Below, piece by piece: positions 25,700 to 39,199 of a stretch of DNA of 64,000 bases. The translations under genes and the position numbers were made by a program. The DNA comes from Raillietiella orientalis (Eukaryota). The notes beneath the pieces are model-generated. The model was not told where the DNA came from and ran no database searches. It worked only from the letters and a program-made list of their open reading frames with translations. Each line of letters begins with the position of its first letter. The first letter of the stretch is position 1. The DNA is taken from assembly GCA_036172245.1 (NCBI GenBank), contig JAYWIR010000008.1, positions 5,022,001 through 5,086,000 of the forward strand, given 5' to 3'.

Positions 25700-27900
25700 T
25701 AAGGGCTGGGAGCGCGTCGTCGTCAGACGGGGGACGAGGGGAGTTGGTTCCCCCCCTTGCGTGCTCTTCTAGTCAGGTCGACCATCCCTTCCCTGAGGAC
25801 GCATCACTCATCTCGGAACCGTTGATGCTCCTCGCGGACCCCTCCGGGACCGACGGGGGCAGGGAGCGCTTCGGAGAGCGACGTCCAGGCAACCGTTCCA
25901 GGCGACGCGGGAGCGGAGCTTCCTCGGAAGTTTCCGGCACGCGCCCAGCCCTCCTGGCGGGGCCGGGAGCCCCTCCTGCGCCAGCCCATTCCTTCCTTCT
26001 TCCTCCCCACTCGCCGTTCCTCGCTCCTTTCCTCTTCGCTTCAGCTCCCTGCGGCGGATGCAGGATCACGCAGGAGGTTCCCGTGTTCCTCCCGCGTCAG
26101 AAAAGGGATCATCCCCTCCCATTATTATTAAAGATAAAGAAATAGGGATCGTCAGGGTGAACACGCAGGACGACTTTTCCGTTTCTTCCCGCTCGGACCG
26201 CTTCTCCCAGGAGTCTCCCATTGTTTCCCTCGTGTTCCTGGTGCCGCTGCCGCATCCCGCGATCAGTCCGCGGCGTGAAAAAAACGCCCCTGGAGCTGCC
26301 GCATCCTTCGGCCAGACTTTCCGGGAGCGCGCGACGTGCGTCTCGCTGGGCGCCTCCTTGCCATGGGAGTCACGTTTTCCCGGACTGCAAGGGACGTGTG
26401 GGAGGGGGGGTAACTCCCCGATGGAGTCCCCGCGGCAGACTTTTCTCCCGCCGAGGAGGCGGGACCTTCCGCCTGCGCGCGCGATCCTTTTCCTCTCCTC
26501 TTTCCTGTCTTTCGGGGTGGTCCCGAAGTCGTCGCGCGCTGCTCCTCCCGGACGCCGGCGCCTCGGGACCACCCGCTCCACGGGCTTGCCTGCACCGCCC
26601 CTTCTCTCTCGCGCTTCTCATGCCCTTCTCCTCCTTCCCCTTTGCTCCTCCTCCTCCTCCTCCGTGTCGTCGTCATCCTGAGGTGCTACCGCCCACTGGC
26701 AGTCTTCTGGTTGGCTCGACCTCACTTTCGCCGCCCGTGACCCAGCCTCCAGCGTCAAGACACCCCCCCCGTCTGCTCCGGAGCGTTGCCCATTCCCCGT
26801 TGCTTCTGCTCTGCTCCCAAAGGGCGCCTCATCGTCTGCCCGCGGTGGCCCGTCGGGGGTCGCCGTCGCCCAAGGGCACAGACCCGCGTTTCTTCCCGGC
26901 GTTGCTTGACGGGTGTGGTCACGTAGGACGGTGCCTCTCCGGGGTTTTCTGACGGCCGTACTCAGGTAAGGGCTGGGGACAGCGTGCCCACCGCGCATCG
27001 CTGCGTCCCCTTAGGGACGCTGCCGGAGGTGCTCCCGACACCCGCGTTCCTTCCGGCAGACGTTTCCGGGGAGGACCTCGGTACGGAGGCGCTCCGAGGA
27101 AAAGAAGGGTCTCCGGGCAACGCGCGTGCTAGAAAACGCCCCGGGCGGGAGGAGGGAGGCGGCGGTGCCGGAAGCGGTGAGTCCTCGCGTGCGAATCCTC
27201 CAGCATTTTTTCCCCTCTTCCCCTCTGAGGTCTGCGCGTGGGCAGGAAAGTCGGCAGGCATCGCCTCTCCTCAGCGGAGGTCGACCACTTGGTGGGATTT
27301 CTCAGGAGGGGACTCGGTTAGCACTTGTCAGGGAACCGGAGGGTACGCGCGGGCTCCAGCCTTCTTCCCGTTCTTCCCGGGCCGCTCTCATCCCCGGGGG
27401 AGCGCTACGCCTTCCTCTCCACCCACGCTTTCTGCCTCCCCGTTGAGAAAGATCGGGATCTCCCGATGGAGGGGCGAAGTCGTCCCTCTTCCCCCTCGGG
27501 GCTTGACGGGACTTGGCTCGCGAAAGGGAGGGGGCAAGGAGTGGCTGCCGCGCCACCACGCTTGATCAGCCTCTTGGGCAGTGGGGAAACTGAACGACAA
27601 AAGGGAACCGGGGAGCGCCTCCCTGTTTTCCCTCCTACCTTCCCTTCGCCTTTCCCGCTCCTCTCTCTGTCCTGCGGTCCGGCGCGGCCGCTAACCTAAT
27701 GGTCATTACGGCCCGATTGCTCCCTGAGGAGGGTAGGTAGGTGCTGAGGTCCACTGCAGGGATTCCTTCGTGGGCCGAGCGCAGCTTCACGTAGCTCGGC
27801 TTCCCTGTCAATCTCCCGCCGACGTCACCCGTGCCGCGGGATGGGGAGAGGAGGAGCGTGAGGAAAAATAGAGGGAAAGGAGGAGGCACGCGCGCCTCTC
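25700..27900 (-). mobile_element. Non-LTR (Tx1/L1-like) ORF1 zinc-knuckle and APE endonuclease relic
   Basis: Minus strand RC-GGHA (~26990), SETHV..FFS..G (QET motif, ~26340-26260), LIIMGGD (IxGGDFN, ~26110). Confidence 0.5.
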
Positions 27901-28364
27901 GACGGACGTGAATGGGCAATGGTGGCTATCGGCACTGTCGGCGCAGTTGCCAGAACCGACGGCCATGCTCTCTCACCGTTCCTTGGGGGCAGCGCGCAGG
28001 GGAGGACAGCGGGACACCGAGGAAGGCCACGCGTATTCTTTGGGCCCTGGGCGTTCCCTTCCTGGGGGTTGCGAGGCAACGACGCCGAGGGCTTCCTTCT
28101 CCTGCACGCGTTCCGTTTGGCACTCGGAGGGGCCGCCAGCAACTTCTCCCCCCCCTTCCCAGCTCCTTTTTCCCTCCTGTGACGGGACCGCCCCCTCTTG
28201 CCCTCAAGCGAACGAGCAACGTGCGGGCCACCTCGTAGCGGCCTGCCTTCACCCGAAGGCTTCTCTACTTCTCGCACTTTCCGCCAGAGGGTGGTGACGG
28301 TCGCACGCGCCAGTCGTTCCCGACCGCTGGCGTTCCTTCCGAGATGATCTAAGAATAGAAGTCG

Positions 28365-28399
<35 letters not shown>

Positions 28400-31300
28400 G
28401 GAGGAGGAAGGGAAACGGACCGGGAAGAGGCCATCCCGAGGCGAAGTCTGCTGCCTTCTCCTCCCTCTGTTCGTGGGTGCCTCCAACGTTGCTACCGAGC
28501 GTTGCGCCCGGCTAATGGGCAGGCATTCTCGGGAGGGAACTCTGTCCGTCGCCCACGCTCCTCGCAGAGCGGGAGATACCACGGAAGGCGCCCGAACCTG
28601 GTTGGCTTGCAGCTTCCCCGCGCGGAGGCAACAGAGGGGAAGGGGAATCCCGCGTGGAAGACGAAGACGGCTCCGGAACTCTGGAATGGCAGAAACGTGG
28701 CACGAGCCTGCGGCGCGGGCAGGCTCCTTCTCGGGCACGCCCGCGCGCTCAGGGTGGGGTGGAAGCAAGGGGAAGACATCGGGAAGGCTGCCGTCGTCGA
28801 TATTGCGCCGCTGACCTGCGATCTTTCTGGAACCTAGGCAGGTCCGGGGAGACGAAAAACATCACCTGCCCCTTGAGGTGTCTCTCCCAGAGGGCGAGGG
28901 AGATGCCCGCCAGGAGCGGCATAGGAAGGAGAAAGCGCTGCCAGCCTCCGCAGATTTTTCGCCCTCCCGGAAACGTCCCGCGGGGGCTGTGTCTAGCTGT
29001 TGTCGCGGGCTGTGCCTCTCGCGGGGCGCCTTCGAGTTGCCGCCAGCTTAGAGCGCTCCGGGTGGGGTGAGACTTTTTTCCCTCTGGGACCGACCAGCTG
29101 CTACCCCCATCCCTTTCCCCTCTCTCTCAACTGCCCCCTTCCTCCACGCGAGAGAGCTCCGGGGCCCTTGAGGTCGGAGTGCGCCCGATGATGGTCGGTC
29201 GCAGACACCTTGGCCACCACCGCCCCCTCGTTCCGGCACACTGCGAGCGCGAGGAGGGAAAGGGTGGCGGACGGGGAGGGAAAACGGCCGTGGCCGGTCT
29301 GTGGTGTGACGTCACCGCCACCGCTGTTGCCGCCCCTCTGCGCGCCTTCGCAGCCCGGCTGGTGCCTTCGGTCGAACCGCCCGCTGGGAACGCGCGTGCC
29401 GTCGCGCGCGTCCCGGCAACGGGGAAGAAGAAAAATAGCCGTAGTTAGGAAGCGATAAAGGGAAAACGGGGGGAGGAGGTGGAGGAGGCTCGGAATGGCG
29501 TCCCCAGTCGGGAATCCTTTCGGGATGCCCCTGCGAGCGCGATATTTCAGGATCCGGGATGATTCCCGGAGCCCGTTTATGTCGTCGTCGGAACCCCCCC
29601 TCCCGCGTGAGGGAGCCGCCGCCGGCTTGGCGCCGTGGCTCCAGCCCGCTCCGGGGGAGGAACAAAGGCGGCGCGAGCTCTAAAGGGGGCGTAGAAGAAA
29701 AGAGGGGAGAGGAGAAGGCCGTTCTTCCCTCCCGTTTCACCTCCCTCCGCGCCAACGGGGGCGGATTCTCGAGCCCCGGGGCGGAGCGGGCGTCCCGCCC
29801 CGTCGGGATTCGGCGCAACCCTGGAGCGTGTCGGTCGGGGCGCTGTCCTGACCTCCCCTTCATCCTGCCGCCCGCATTCCTCCTTCCTGTTCGTCTTCCG
29901 GGGTGGTCGCTTCCAGTATGGGTCCCGCGGCTTATCTACCAGCTTGTCCTCTTGGACGACCAGTAGGTGCTCGGTCTGGCCTGCATCCAGAGGACTCCTC
30001 TTTCCGTTCCCTATTTTTCCCCTCGTCTAGCTCCCCGTTGCCGTTCCTCCTTCCCCTCCCCCTCTTCTTGACGTCTCCGGGAAAAGGGAGTGGTGGTCTC
30101 GAGCGTTGAAAGCTCCACCTGCCGGGAAGCTCCTTTCCAGCTCCCTCAGTTCAACTGGCCTCCCCTCTCCCCCTCCACGGGTCCGCATCTGTTTGCGAGC
30201 GCAAAGGGCAAGAGTGGGAGGGAACGGGGGATTCCCTCCTACTTTTTTTCTCTTTTACTGGACTCTCCGGGAGGAATGGGGGGGCGGCCCCCTTCCCTCC
30301 ACCTGCGGCATCTCCCAGGAGCCAGGATGGCTTCCCTGCCAATCGATCCAAACGGCTTCCCGACCCTCGCGGACGGGATCTCCCGCGGAGAAAATGGCGA
30401 GGAGGGGACCTTCCCATTTTCTATGCGAGAAGAAAGAACGGAGGAGGAAGCTTGCGGATCCCCGCGTGATCTCCAAGCCTTTCCTTCCTGCCCCGCGCTC
30501 GAGAGGGTTGAAAGGGGGTCGGAGCGGACGCTTCCGTTTCGCAACTTGGGACGTGCGCTTCGCTCTTGGCGTGTCCATGGCGCCTCGCCTTTGGACCTGC
30601 AGAGTTATCCGGTGCACCGTAGCGACCGGCAGCAGCTCTCCCCTCCTCCTCCGCTTTCCCACGTCTAGAAGAAAAGGACGTGCACCCGTTCGGGGCAGGT
30701 CGCGTGATCCTTCACATCCCGGATGCTCCTCCTGACTGTGTCCTTGTTTCCCCCCGTCGCAAGTGCCCCTCTCCCTCGGAAGAGGAGGCCAGGGGCAGGG
30801 GGTACTCGCCGCCCTTCGCGTCTGCAGCCGCGCCCCAGAGACGTCTGCGAGCGAGCTGAGCCGGCGGAGGGGTTCGCGGAGCGGAAGAGGACTTCGCGTG
30901 CCTTGGGGGCAGAAAGGGAGGGAAGACTGGCGAGGAGGGAGGCGAGCGACAAACGGGGAGACCATCCCTCCTTTCTTCCTTCCTTCCCTTCTCGTCGTCG
31001 TTGTCGTTCACAGAGTCCTGGCGTGCTCGTCTTCCGTCTGCGCTCTGCGGCGGGATCGCCCGTCTCCGGGGCGTCGACTGGTTGAGAGGGTGGGTGGGGA
31101 GTCCCATCGGATACGGCGGAGAGCGCGGCCGCTGGCTGATAGGAGGAGAGGGGCGGCAGGAGCGAAGAGGCGAGCTGGGTGGGCGGCTGCAACGAGACTG
31201 CGCGTACATCCACGCGTGGCGAGCAACTGGCGCCGCCGCGCGGGCGGACGGGTGTCGCCTCCCGCGATTTGTAGGGATGGCGCGCGTGCACGAGAGGGAG

Positions 31301-31799
31301 AGAGTGGCACTCCCGAAACGATGCTTGGGGAACCGGGAGACAGGGATCAGATAAGGGATTTACGGGAGGCTCGGGCAGCGAGGCCGTGCGATCGCACGGA
31401 ATCCCGTCGAAAATCGGGCAGGAACGGGGATGATTCCTTCCTCGTTCCCTCCCTCCTCCCTACCCTCATTTGTTTTCCGTCCCCGTTCCCTTCCTCTCCT
31501 GTTTCGGTACACGTCGGGAAATTCGAATGGGTCGAGCAGCGGCGGCGTTTTCCTGCGGGAGGATGCCGTAACGACTCGGTCCATGTCTCTGAGAAGGAGG
31601 AGTATGGACCATCAGCTTCTTGCTGCCAGGCGCGCTTCGATCGCTTTCCCAGGCCGTCTCCAGGTTTCCCGAGTTCTGGCCAACTAGTGGCAGAAGAAAG
31701 TTGCGGGAGCCGAGGCGAAGCGAGCGTGAGGGGGAAGCAGCGGAGGCAGCAGCAGCAGCGAGACAAACGGAGCGCGCAAGAACTCGCGGGAACAGACAC

Positions 31800-32480
31800 A
31801 TAGGGGAAAACACGTGAGAAACAGAAGAAAACAGAAGGGGGGTGGGGGAGAAACAGGAACGAACAAAACAGACGTGAGTGCGAGAACGGAGAAAAAAGAT
31901 CAAGAAGGAACTAGCAGTGGCAGACAGAGGTGGAGCGAGGCAAACGAAATAACAAGAACAAGGCAACAAAAAGAAAGGCGAAGGACAACGGGGAAAAGCG
32001 TAAGGACAGGAGGAGCAAGCAAAGGATAAAAAACGGGAACAGAGGGGGCAACGCAAACAAGCGAAAGACAAGAAATTATACAGACCAATAATCAGAAGAC
32101 AAACGCAAATAGGTGAAAAGAGGCAATGACAACAAAGGAAGGAGAAAGGCAACTCCCCAAACAAAGCGAAAACAAACAAACAAGGGAAGCGAGCCGACAA
32201 CAACGGAAAGAAGAACAAATCTTTCAACAGAAGCGCTCGCGAAAATAGCCAAAGGAGCGAATGAAGTCAGAAGAGCAAAAAGGAAGCGAACACCGGAAAG
32301 GGAAAACACCGGCTCACTCGAACAAAGCGGAAGCTCAACAAAGACAGAGGAAGAGCAAAAGGAAGCGAACACCGGGAAGAGCGAACACTGGCTCACTCGA
32401 ACGAGGCGGAAGTCTCAACAAAGGAAAGATGGGGAGGAAATCGAAAGGCGGAAGTGGAAGAGGGGTGAAGACGAGGCTGC
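31800..32480 (+). repeat. T-depleted, A/G-rich low-complexity block containing an ~80-bp diverged tandem duplication (32270-32424)
   Basis: Units aagagcaaaa-ggaagcgaacaccgg...ggctcactcgaac...gcggaag-ctcaacaaag start at 32271 and 32351. Confidence 0.85.
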
Positions 32481-34725
32481 AGAAGCCATAGGGGCGACGA
32501 TCGCGAGTCGCTACGGGCTGAAGGCGGGCGGAGGGGATCCTGTGGACCAGAGGCGCTTCTCTTGTTTTCTATCCGAGCGGTCGCTCCTTCCTCCTGCCAC
32601 AGGAGATGCCGTCCCTCGTCCCATGGAGGGCACTTTGTTCTCCAGTCCTTCCTGCGCCAGGGTGAGCGCAAGTTCCTTGAGTTGGCTCCTCTTTCAGACG
32701 GAGTGTGCTGCACCCCTTTCTTCCGGGGAGATAAGGGAGAAGGTTCGGGGGAGAGAAAAGGTCCAGCAGGGTCGGGTCGATGTCCTCTAGCGCTTCCACG
32801 CGGCGACCGGCTCTTTCCGTGCCCTCGAGAGAGAGGAGACGCGGACGCGGTCGGCCCTTTCAGCAGACCCCTCGGCACCTGGGGACGCGAGTCGATCCTT
32901 CTTTTTGCCTGCGCGCCCATCGTCCTCTCTCAGGAGTGACGTGCGCATAGAGCACTCGGAGACTGCGCAACTGATGGGGCGGCCCCTGCGCTGATGCGTG
33001 ACAGGAAGACTCAGGGGGAGGAGAGGGTGCTCTCGGGAAAGTCATTCTCTGCCCTTTGCTGGCAAGAGCCATGAAAGGGTCTCGATCTCCGGAGGAGGAA
33101 GGTCGTTGCTTTCTCCTCCTCCGTCGTCTTGTCCAGAGCGAACCCTGCGCCTGAGTGGGGGATGCCCTCTGGCCTTCTGCAGGGGAGAGTAAGGGAGATC
33201 ACCAAGGAAGTGGAGCTGCTTCTGCGTGCAGCGGAGCGCGGGCGGTTCCGCTTGGCACTTTCCCTCAGGCCCTTCCCGAAACCAGGCTGCTTCCCAAGCA
33301 CGTTTCGGGGTGTATGGGGAGAGAGGGCGAGCGCCCTTTCGTATGCTGCAGAGCTGGATCCGAGGCGTGCCGCAGGCAGCGGAGCAGTAAGGCGTCTACT
33401 GGTTCTTCTTCCTCTTTCCCCTTTCGTCCCTTTCGCCGCCGCAAGCCCCTTTACCCCAACCCCTCCTCCCTCCCGTCGTTGCCTGCGTTTTCTTCCGGAC
33501 GACAGTCGTGGCTCTGCGGATGGAAGGACACAGCAGGCCACAACCTACGCAGTTCTCCGATCCCGATGTGCCTTCTCCCGACTTCCCTGGAGGACTCGAG
33601 ATCCGGCTTCCCCATTTCCCTGTCGTCCATCTGGCAGCGTCAGAGAAGATGGGTAGCGTTCGTGGGCGACGCGCCACTGCCGAGGTCCGCTCCTCCGTCC
33701 TTCGATCCGGCCTCCCTCTACCTCCTCAGAAGGGACTTCCCGTCGCGAATTGTAGGGCCTCTGGGGGGAATGATGGGCGGGAGAGAAGGGAAAAAACAAA
33801 AATAGACATCAAAATGAACATGGAGGATCGCTCCCTCCTCTCTGGGTGCGTGCGCGTTCCCGGGACCGTTCCCGGCCTCGGTTTTTTCTTCGTTCCTTTC
33901 CCTTCGGCTCGGAGGGCTGGCGTTTTCGGGAAGCGGGGGGTTGGGGTGGGGGGAGAGCAGGAGGAGGAGGACCCCCGCGCCTTCGCTCATCTCGCGCGCA
34001 TCTCTCCTTGCGCAGCGCCTCCCCTCCTCCCGTCCGCCCGCCTCTCCGAGTCGTCCCTCGTGGGCCGCACTACGCCTGTCCCGCCGCCCGCTTCTCCCGT
34101 CCTGCCGCCGCAGTGCTCGGCAGGCAGCCTCTGCGCGTGGAGCCGCCGCCGTCGCCGCCGCGTTCGCCCGCAGCACGAGGCAACTCCCGGCGCTTCCGTG
34201 GCGCCCTCCAGGAAGCCGGTCGTCCTCTCCCCTCGTTGTTGCTCCCGGCCGCCCGCTGCTGCCCCACGCTTTCCGACGGACCTGCTGCCGGGGTCCACGT
34301 GAGTGCAACTGCGCGCGCGCGCGCGCGCGCCACTCCCTCCCTCTCTCCCTCCCTCCTTCACCGCCCCTGTCTTCTGTCCAGCCTTCTCCGCCACCCCCCA
34401 CCCCCCCGTGGCGGGGGCGTGGCGCTCCCGACCCCCCCGTCTCCACGCCGCAGTGGCGGCGACCCCCGCCTTCGAAGAAGCCACTGCGCCCGGCGTCCCG
34501 TCCCCGGCCGCATCGCTCCGGAGGGAACGAACGCTCCGGACTCGCTGGTTCGTTCTCCTCCCCTCTCTCCCGTTCCCGTCGCGGCTTCCTTTGGGAAGAC
34601 ACGCACCGTGACCAGGCTCCCTGCGAATGCGCGCTGTCCGGGTGCCACGTGCGACCCCTGCAATAAAACTTTTTTTTTTATTTTTTTTTTGAAAAGAAAG
34701 GAAGGAGGGGAGGAGTGTGATCTTC

Positions 34726-34751
34726 ATGGACCAGTTCCTGATGGATGCAAG
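34726..34751 (+). CDS. KIF26: Candidate alternative first coding exon (MDQFLMDA-R) downstream of a CpG-rich promoter-like block
   Basis: Strong donor CAAG|GTAAGG. Phase 2 ending AG recreates R-AAQK when spliced to exon 3. Upstream CpG-rich region ~33850-34660 with (GC)10 at 34311-34330. Confidence 0.5.
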
Positions 34752-36199
34752 GTAAGGAGAGATGGCTGCGGAAATGGTCGAACGGTGAAGCTGCGTATCT
34801 GAGGTGTGTCTGTGCGTCTCGTGGTTGCCGTTGCTGCCGCCAGCTGTCGCCGCCGTTCGCTTCCTGCCTGCCACTGGAACGTTAGCGGCGGCGCCAGGAG
34901 GGGACCTCTGCCCAAGGGCGAGGCAGTCGGAGGAGCCTCTAGAAGGCGCCCAGTGGCTCCGCCTCTCGCACCTCGCCTTCCCACGCTCCTCTTCCAAGCG
35001 ATGCGTTCGCGTAGCGAATGCGATGGCAGGGGCGTCCGCCGGGAATCCCGGCGCCGAGGTGGTGGAGGTGGGTGGTTGCGAGTGGGTCGGCGGAAAGGTC
35101 GGGTTGCCCCCGCGCGTGCTCCCCGGCAGCGCAAGGGAACCCGAAATCTTCTCGCCCTGGAGCGGAGTAGGCACGCCGGCAATTTCGGCGCCGCCGTTGG
35201 CGCCTTCGCTCTTACTTCACGCCCTGCCCCGTTGCCCTACGACTGCCCGCACCGCATGCGCGCGCCACGAAGTGGTGCCTCGGAAGCTGAAGGGTCGAAC
35301 GCCCCCGGATGTGTCATTTACGTCCGTTCAGCTGGCTGGAATAGGGGATTTCGGGAGACGGTCGGGCTTCCTTCGACCGTCTTCCTTCTCAGGGAGAAGC
35401 GAGAGATGGCAGCCCTGTTCCCTCGCTGCGCGCCACGAAAGAGTTCGAGTGAGACGCGTACTCCTCCGTAGGAGCTGACGCGTTTATCGCAGGGAGGAAC
35501 AGGGAAGTCGGGAAGAGAAGGAAAGTCCGGCGCAGGTGAACTGGTTCGTGGGGCCGGCGTCCTTCTCCCGCTTGTCCTTGCCTCCCTCCCTTCTCTTCCC
35601 TCCTCCCTTTCCTTCCCTCCCGCCGCCTCCCGCCGCTGCGTCTCCTCGCGGGTCGCTTCTCGGTGACCTTTGCCGCCGGCGCCGCACTTTCGGGCGCTCC
35701 GCTCCCTTCGCGGGTGGGCGGAAGGCGACCTTCATCTTTGTGCTCTCCCGTTCCGGCAGCCCCTGGCGGGAACAGCAACTTGCGCCGCCGCCAGCTGAGG
35801 AGGACGGTGGTCGGGAAGAGACGGCATCCTCTTGAGGTCAATTCAGAGCACCCTCACTCCTCGTAGAGACCCTTCCTCCCCGTCCCTGCGCCGTCTTCAC
35901 GTCCTTCGCTGCTGGCACGTGGACGCCGCAAGGAAGCGACCTGACTGAGGGAGACTCGTCCCCGTCGTCCGGGGCAGCGTCAACCGTGCTTTTCCCACCC
36001 TCCCCAAAAAGCGACCCTGGAGTAGTGGAAGAGACTCTTTACCCCCTGGTTCGGGCACTCGATCTTCGCGCCGGAGAGAGGTGCCTTCTCCCGGGAGTGA
36101 GGAGGCATCCCTTGGTTCCCCGCTTCCCTCGCGAAACTCGCGCGCGGTACGGCTGTTGCTGTGCGCGTGGCGTCCTTGGTCCTGATCGTGGATTCTTTC

Positions 36200-36660
36200 C
36201 CCTGGGATGGTGCGGGGACGAAAGAAAAGGGCCTTGGGACGGGCGCCTCGACTTGCTGCGTGGGGCCGTCAGGCGCGTCTGGACCAGAGATGCTGGAGGT
36301 ATTGCCTAGATGCGGGCGGAAGCTTGACGTCCGCATGGCGCGGCGCGAGAGGAAGAGGAGAGGCGGCGAGGAGGGGAGCGGGGAGTCTCCGTCTGGGGAA
36401 GGAAGTCCCTATGTCGCGTTCCTCGGTACCTCTGCGCCATCGCTCGGGCAGCCGGCACTCTAGAAGAGTTCCAGCCTTCTCTCGCTACCTTGCCTGTGGC
36501 GGTGTTGTTCCTACTTCTCCCGCGTCGCCTGGACGCGATCGGGACCAACAGGGTTGCGTCCAGACTACACCTGTAGCATCTCTGGTCCAGACGCTTCCGA
36601 CGACCTTTTTTCCCTCCTCCCTGCCCTTCCCTTCGCACGCCCAGCGCCTCGGACCATCCT
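36200..36660. repeat. Diverged fold-back (inverted) duplication of an APE-endonuclease-like fragment
   Basis: 20-bp perfect core GCGTCTGGACCAGAGATGCT at ~36275 (+) and its reverse complement at ~36575. Flanks are similar; both arms read RLDQRC (RLD motif). Confidence 0.7.
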
Positions 36661-39199
36661 ACCCTTTCCAAAGCAGCGTGTCATCTGGCGTCTGGCAGCG
36701 TCCCTGTGCGTGGGCGAGGAGGGGCGCTCCTTACCCCATGTGTGCACCCGCACGCCCTCCGTTGTACAGCCCCTTTTCTCCTGTCGCCTTGGGCTGCTTC
36801 CCTGTTTTTTCCTTCCCGTACCCAGGTTCTAGGCGCCTCGAATCTCCTGCTCTGGTCTCTGGACTACCCCTGGCGACGGTGGACCCCTGCGGTCGTTTCC
36901 CGAGTCTTTCCCCGACCGGCACTTGACCCCTTCTCTCGTTTGCTGGTTCTTTCTCTCCTGACGGTTCGGCTCTCTCGGAGTGCTCACAGGGATCGCTGCG
37001 AAGGAAGCGGAGTCCTGGGAGGCCGCTCGCGTAGCGGAGAGTTTCCGCATCCCCAGCAGAAGGGAGGGTTGCCTCGGAGACGAGTTTCTCTTTCTAATAG
37101 GACGTGTGTTTTTCTCAGAAGGGGCTGCCGCCGCGGCGCGGACGGCCTTATCCTGGGCGGCGCTCCTGACGAGGTGCGCAGCCGTCCAGCGGCGTCCCGT
37201 CATTTCCGCTCCCGACGGTTTCTTAGCCTTGATCCATCACTTCCTGTTTCGTCCGTCTTCCTCGCCTTTCGCCCACTCGCTCGCTGTCTTGCAAGGTAGC
37301 GGTCGCTCGCTCGTTATCCGCTCTCCGAGCGACGCACTCCCCCGAGCTTCGTGGCAGTCCCTCATCACCCCTAAGGGGAAGGAAGGTCTCTGCGATCCGG
37401 GAACGGCCGGCGGGACGAACGCTTCCCGCGGGAGCAGGCTGCAGCAGCAGTTCCTCCTGTCTCCCGGATCCGCGGATCACCTCTCTTATCCCGGGGGGAT
37501 GCGCGCGTCCGGGATTTTTAAAATTAAACGCCGCCGGAGGAGAGAGCGCCATAAATTTCGCTCTTTATTTTTGGATCCTCCGCCGTTGCGATGGGAGCGG
37601 GAGCCGCGCATCCTCCTCTCCTCCTTCCCCGACCGGCGCGCTTGCTTTCCATCAGCCATCAATCGCGAGAGTGACAGGGAAAAGAGTTTCGGCGCTCCCT
37701 CTTCCGGGAATCCGACCTGGTCCTGTTCGAGCTATGGGACTCCTCTTCTCCTCTCTTCCCGTTCCTTCCCACTCCTCCTCCTCCCCTCCCCCTTCCGGCA
37801 AGCTGTTGCGCGCTCGCCTTCCCAGCCTCTCCACGTCCTCAGCTGCCGCTGCGTGCCACGGACGCTCTGGCGCGGACGCTCTCCGCAGTGTCCTCTAGCG
37901 GCTGCGGTGGCTCGCGGTTCTATCCTCCCCTCCCCATCTTCCTTCGAGTCCGTCCAGGGCACCGGGGAGAGGGGAGGGGAAGGCCTCCCGCAGCCGCTGC
38001 TGGACGGTGCTTCCGACGCGAAGGGCGGCGGACTGCCGGTCTCCGGGAAACCTAAGGAGAGCGCCATCGTGCTTTGCGCCTGCCCGTGCCCATCCTTCCT
38101 GGTCACCCCGCGCGCGAGTACGCGCGGCCCGCAGACCCGGCCATCCCCTTTTTCCCTCGCCACTTCCACGCGCTCCCTTCGTCTGGCCGACCCCGGCCGA
38201 CGCCCTGATTGATCGGGAAGCAATCATCCCGCGCTCGCCCAATTTGCTTCATCTGGGCATCGCTTCTTCCTCCCTGCTCCTCCTCTGCATTCCCCCCTGC
38301 CCTCCCCCTGCCGCCTTCCCCTTCCTTCCCAAATGGAAGGCCGAAAATAGATTCTTTGCAGTAAAAACAGGAGGGTCCTAAATCATCATCCCAATCAGAG
38401 ATCTGGTTTTCGTCTTTCCGTATGATTATGATCGTGGGGGATGCGCAGTTTTACGATGGGATGCTGCTAAGCTCCTGGCCGAGCGGAAGAGCGTTCTCGG
38501 GGCGGATACGGCGGCTGCGAATCTCTTCTGCCTCTTCCCTGATCCTCGTAAAACACGATTCCTGGTGTCATAGATTGATGGCGAGCTCAGTGCACCCCGC
38601 TCGCGGCGTGTACGCGCGTTGCTATTTGTGTTTGCTGACGGCGATAAGCTGTTTTCCTCCCTCCCCCGCCCCCCTCCCCCCGCCCCTGCGGGAAGCTTCA
38701 CTGCAAAACGCTCGCGCGCACGGAGGCTCCTTCTGCCTCGCTTCCCGGCCCGGCTTCTTCTCTCCCTCCCTTCTGAGGCAGCCGGCTCCCTCTACCAGAG
38801 CTCCCTCCCTCCGTCCTCGCTCCCAGGGAGAGCGCGCGTGTCGCTGTTCCTCGCCGTTGGTGCGCCTCGTGACGCCTAACGTTTCCTCCCGTCGAGCAGG
38901 AGAGGCGACCCGCTTTGCTGCGGCCGCATTGCTGTGGCCTCCGCGCGCGGTGCCAAGCGGTGCGGGTTCGAATCCATCCAGGGGAAGGATCGACGCCGAG
39001 AATGGGTGGTGCGTCGTGGGATTTCGGGTCCTCCCCCCGCGGGAGGACGCCGGTTGGCTTCGGGTGCGGCACTGATGAAAGCCGGATGCCCCTGTTGACT
39101 TCAGGATCCTTCCGGGAATCAAGGAGCCTGTTCTCTTCGGGGTTCTCCTCCGCCGCATACCATGGAGCTGGTTGATACCCCTCTTTGTGGGTTTCCTCA

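Noticed and set aside
31466..32396. Hydrophobic F/L/C-rich minus-strand ORFs suggesting membrane proteins
   Set aside because: Artefact of the T-depleted low-complexity block.
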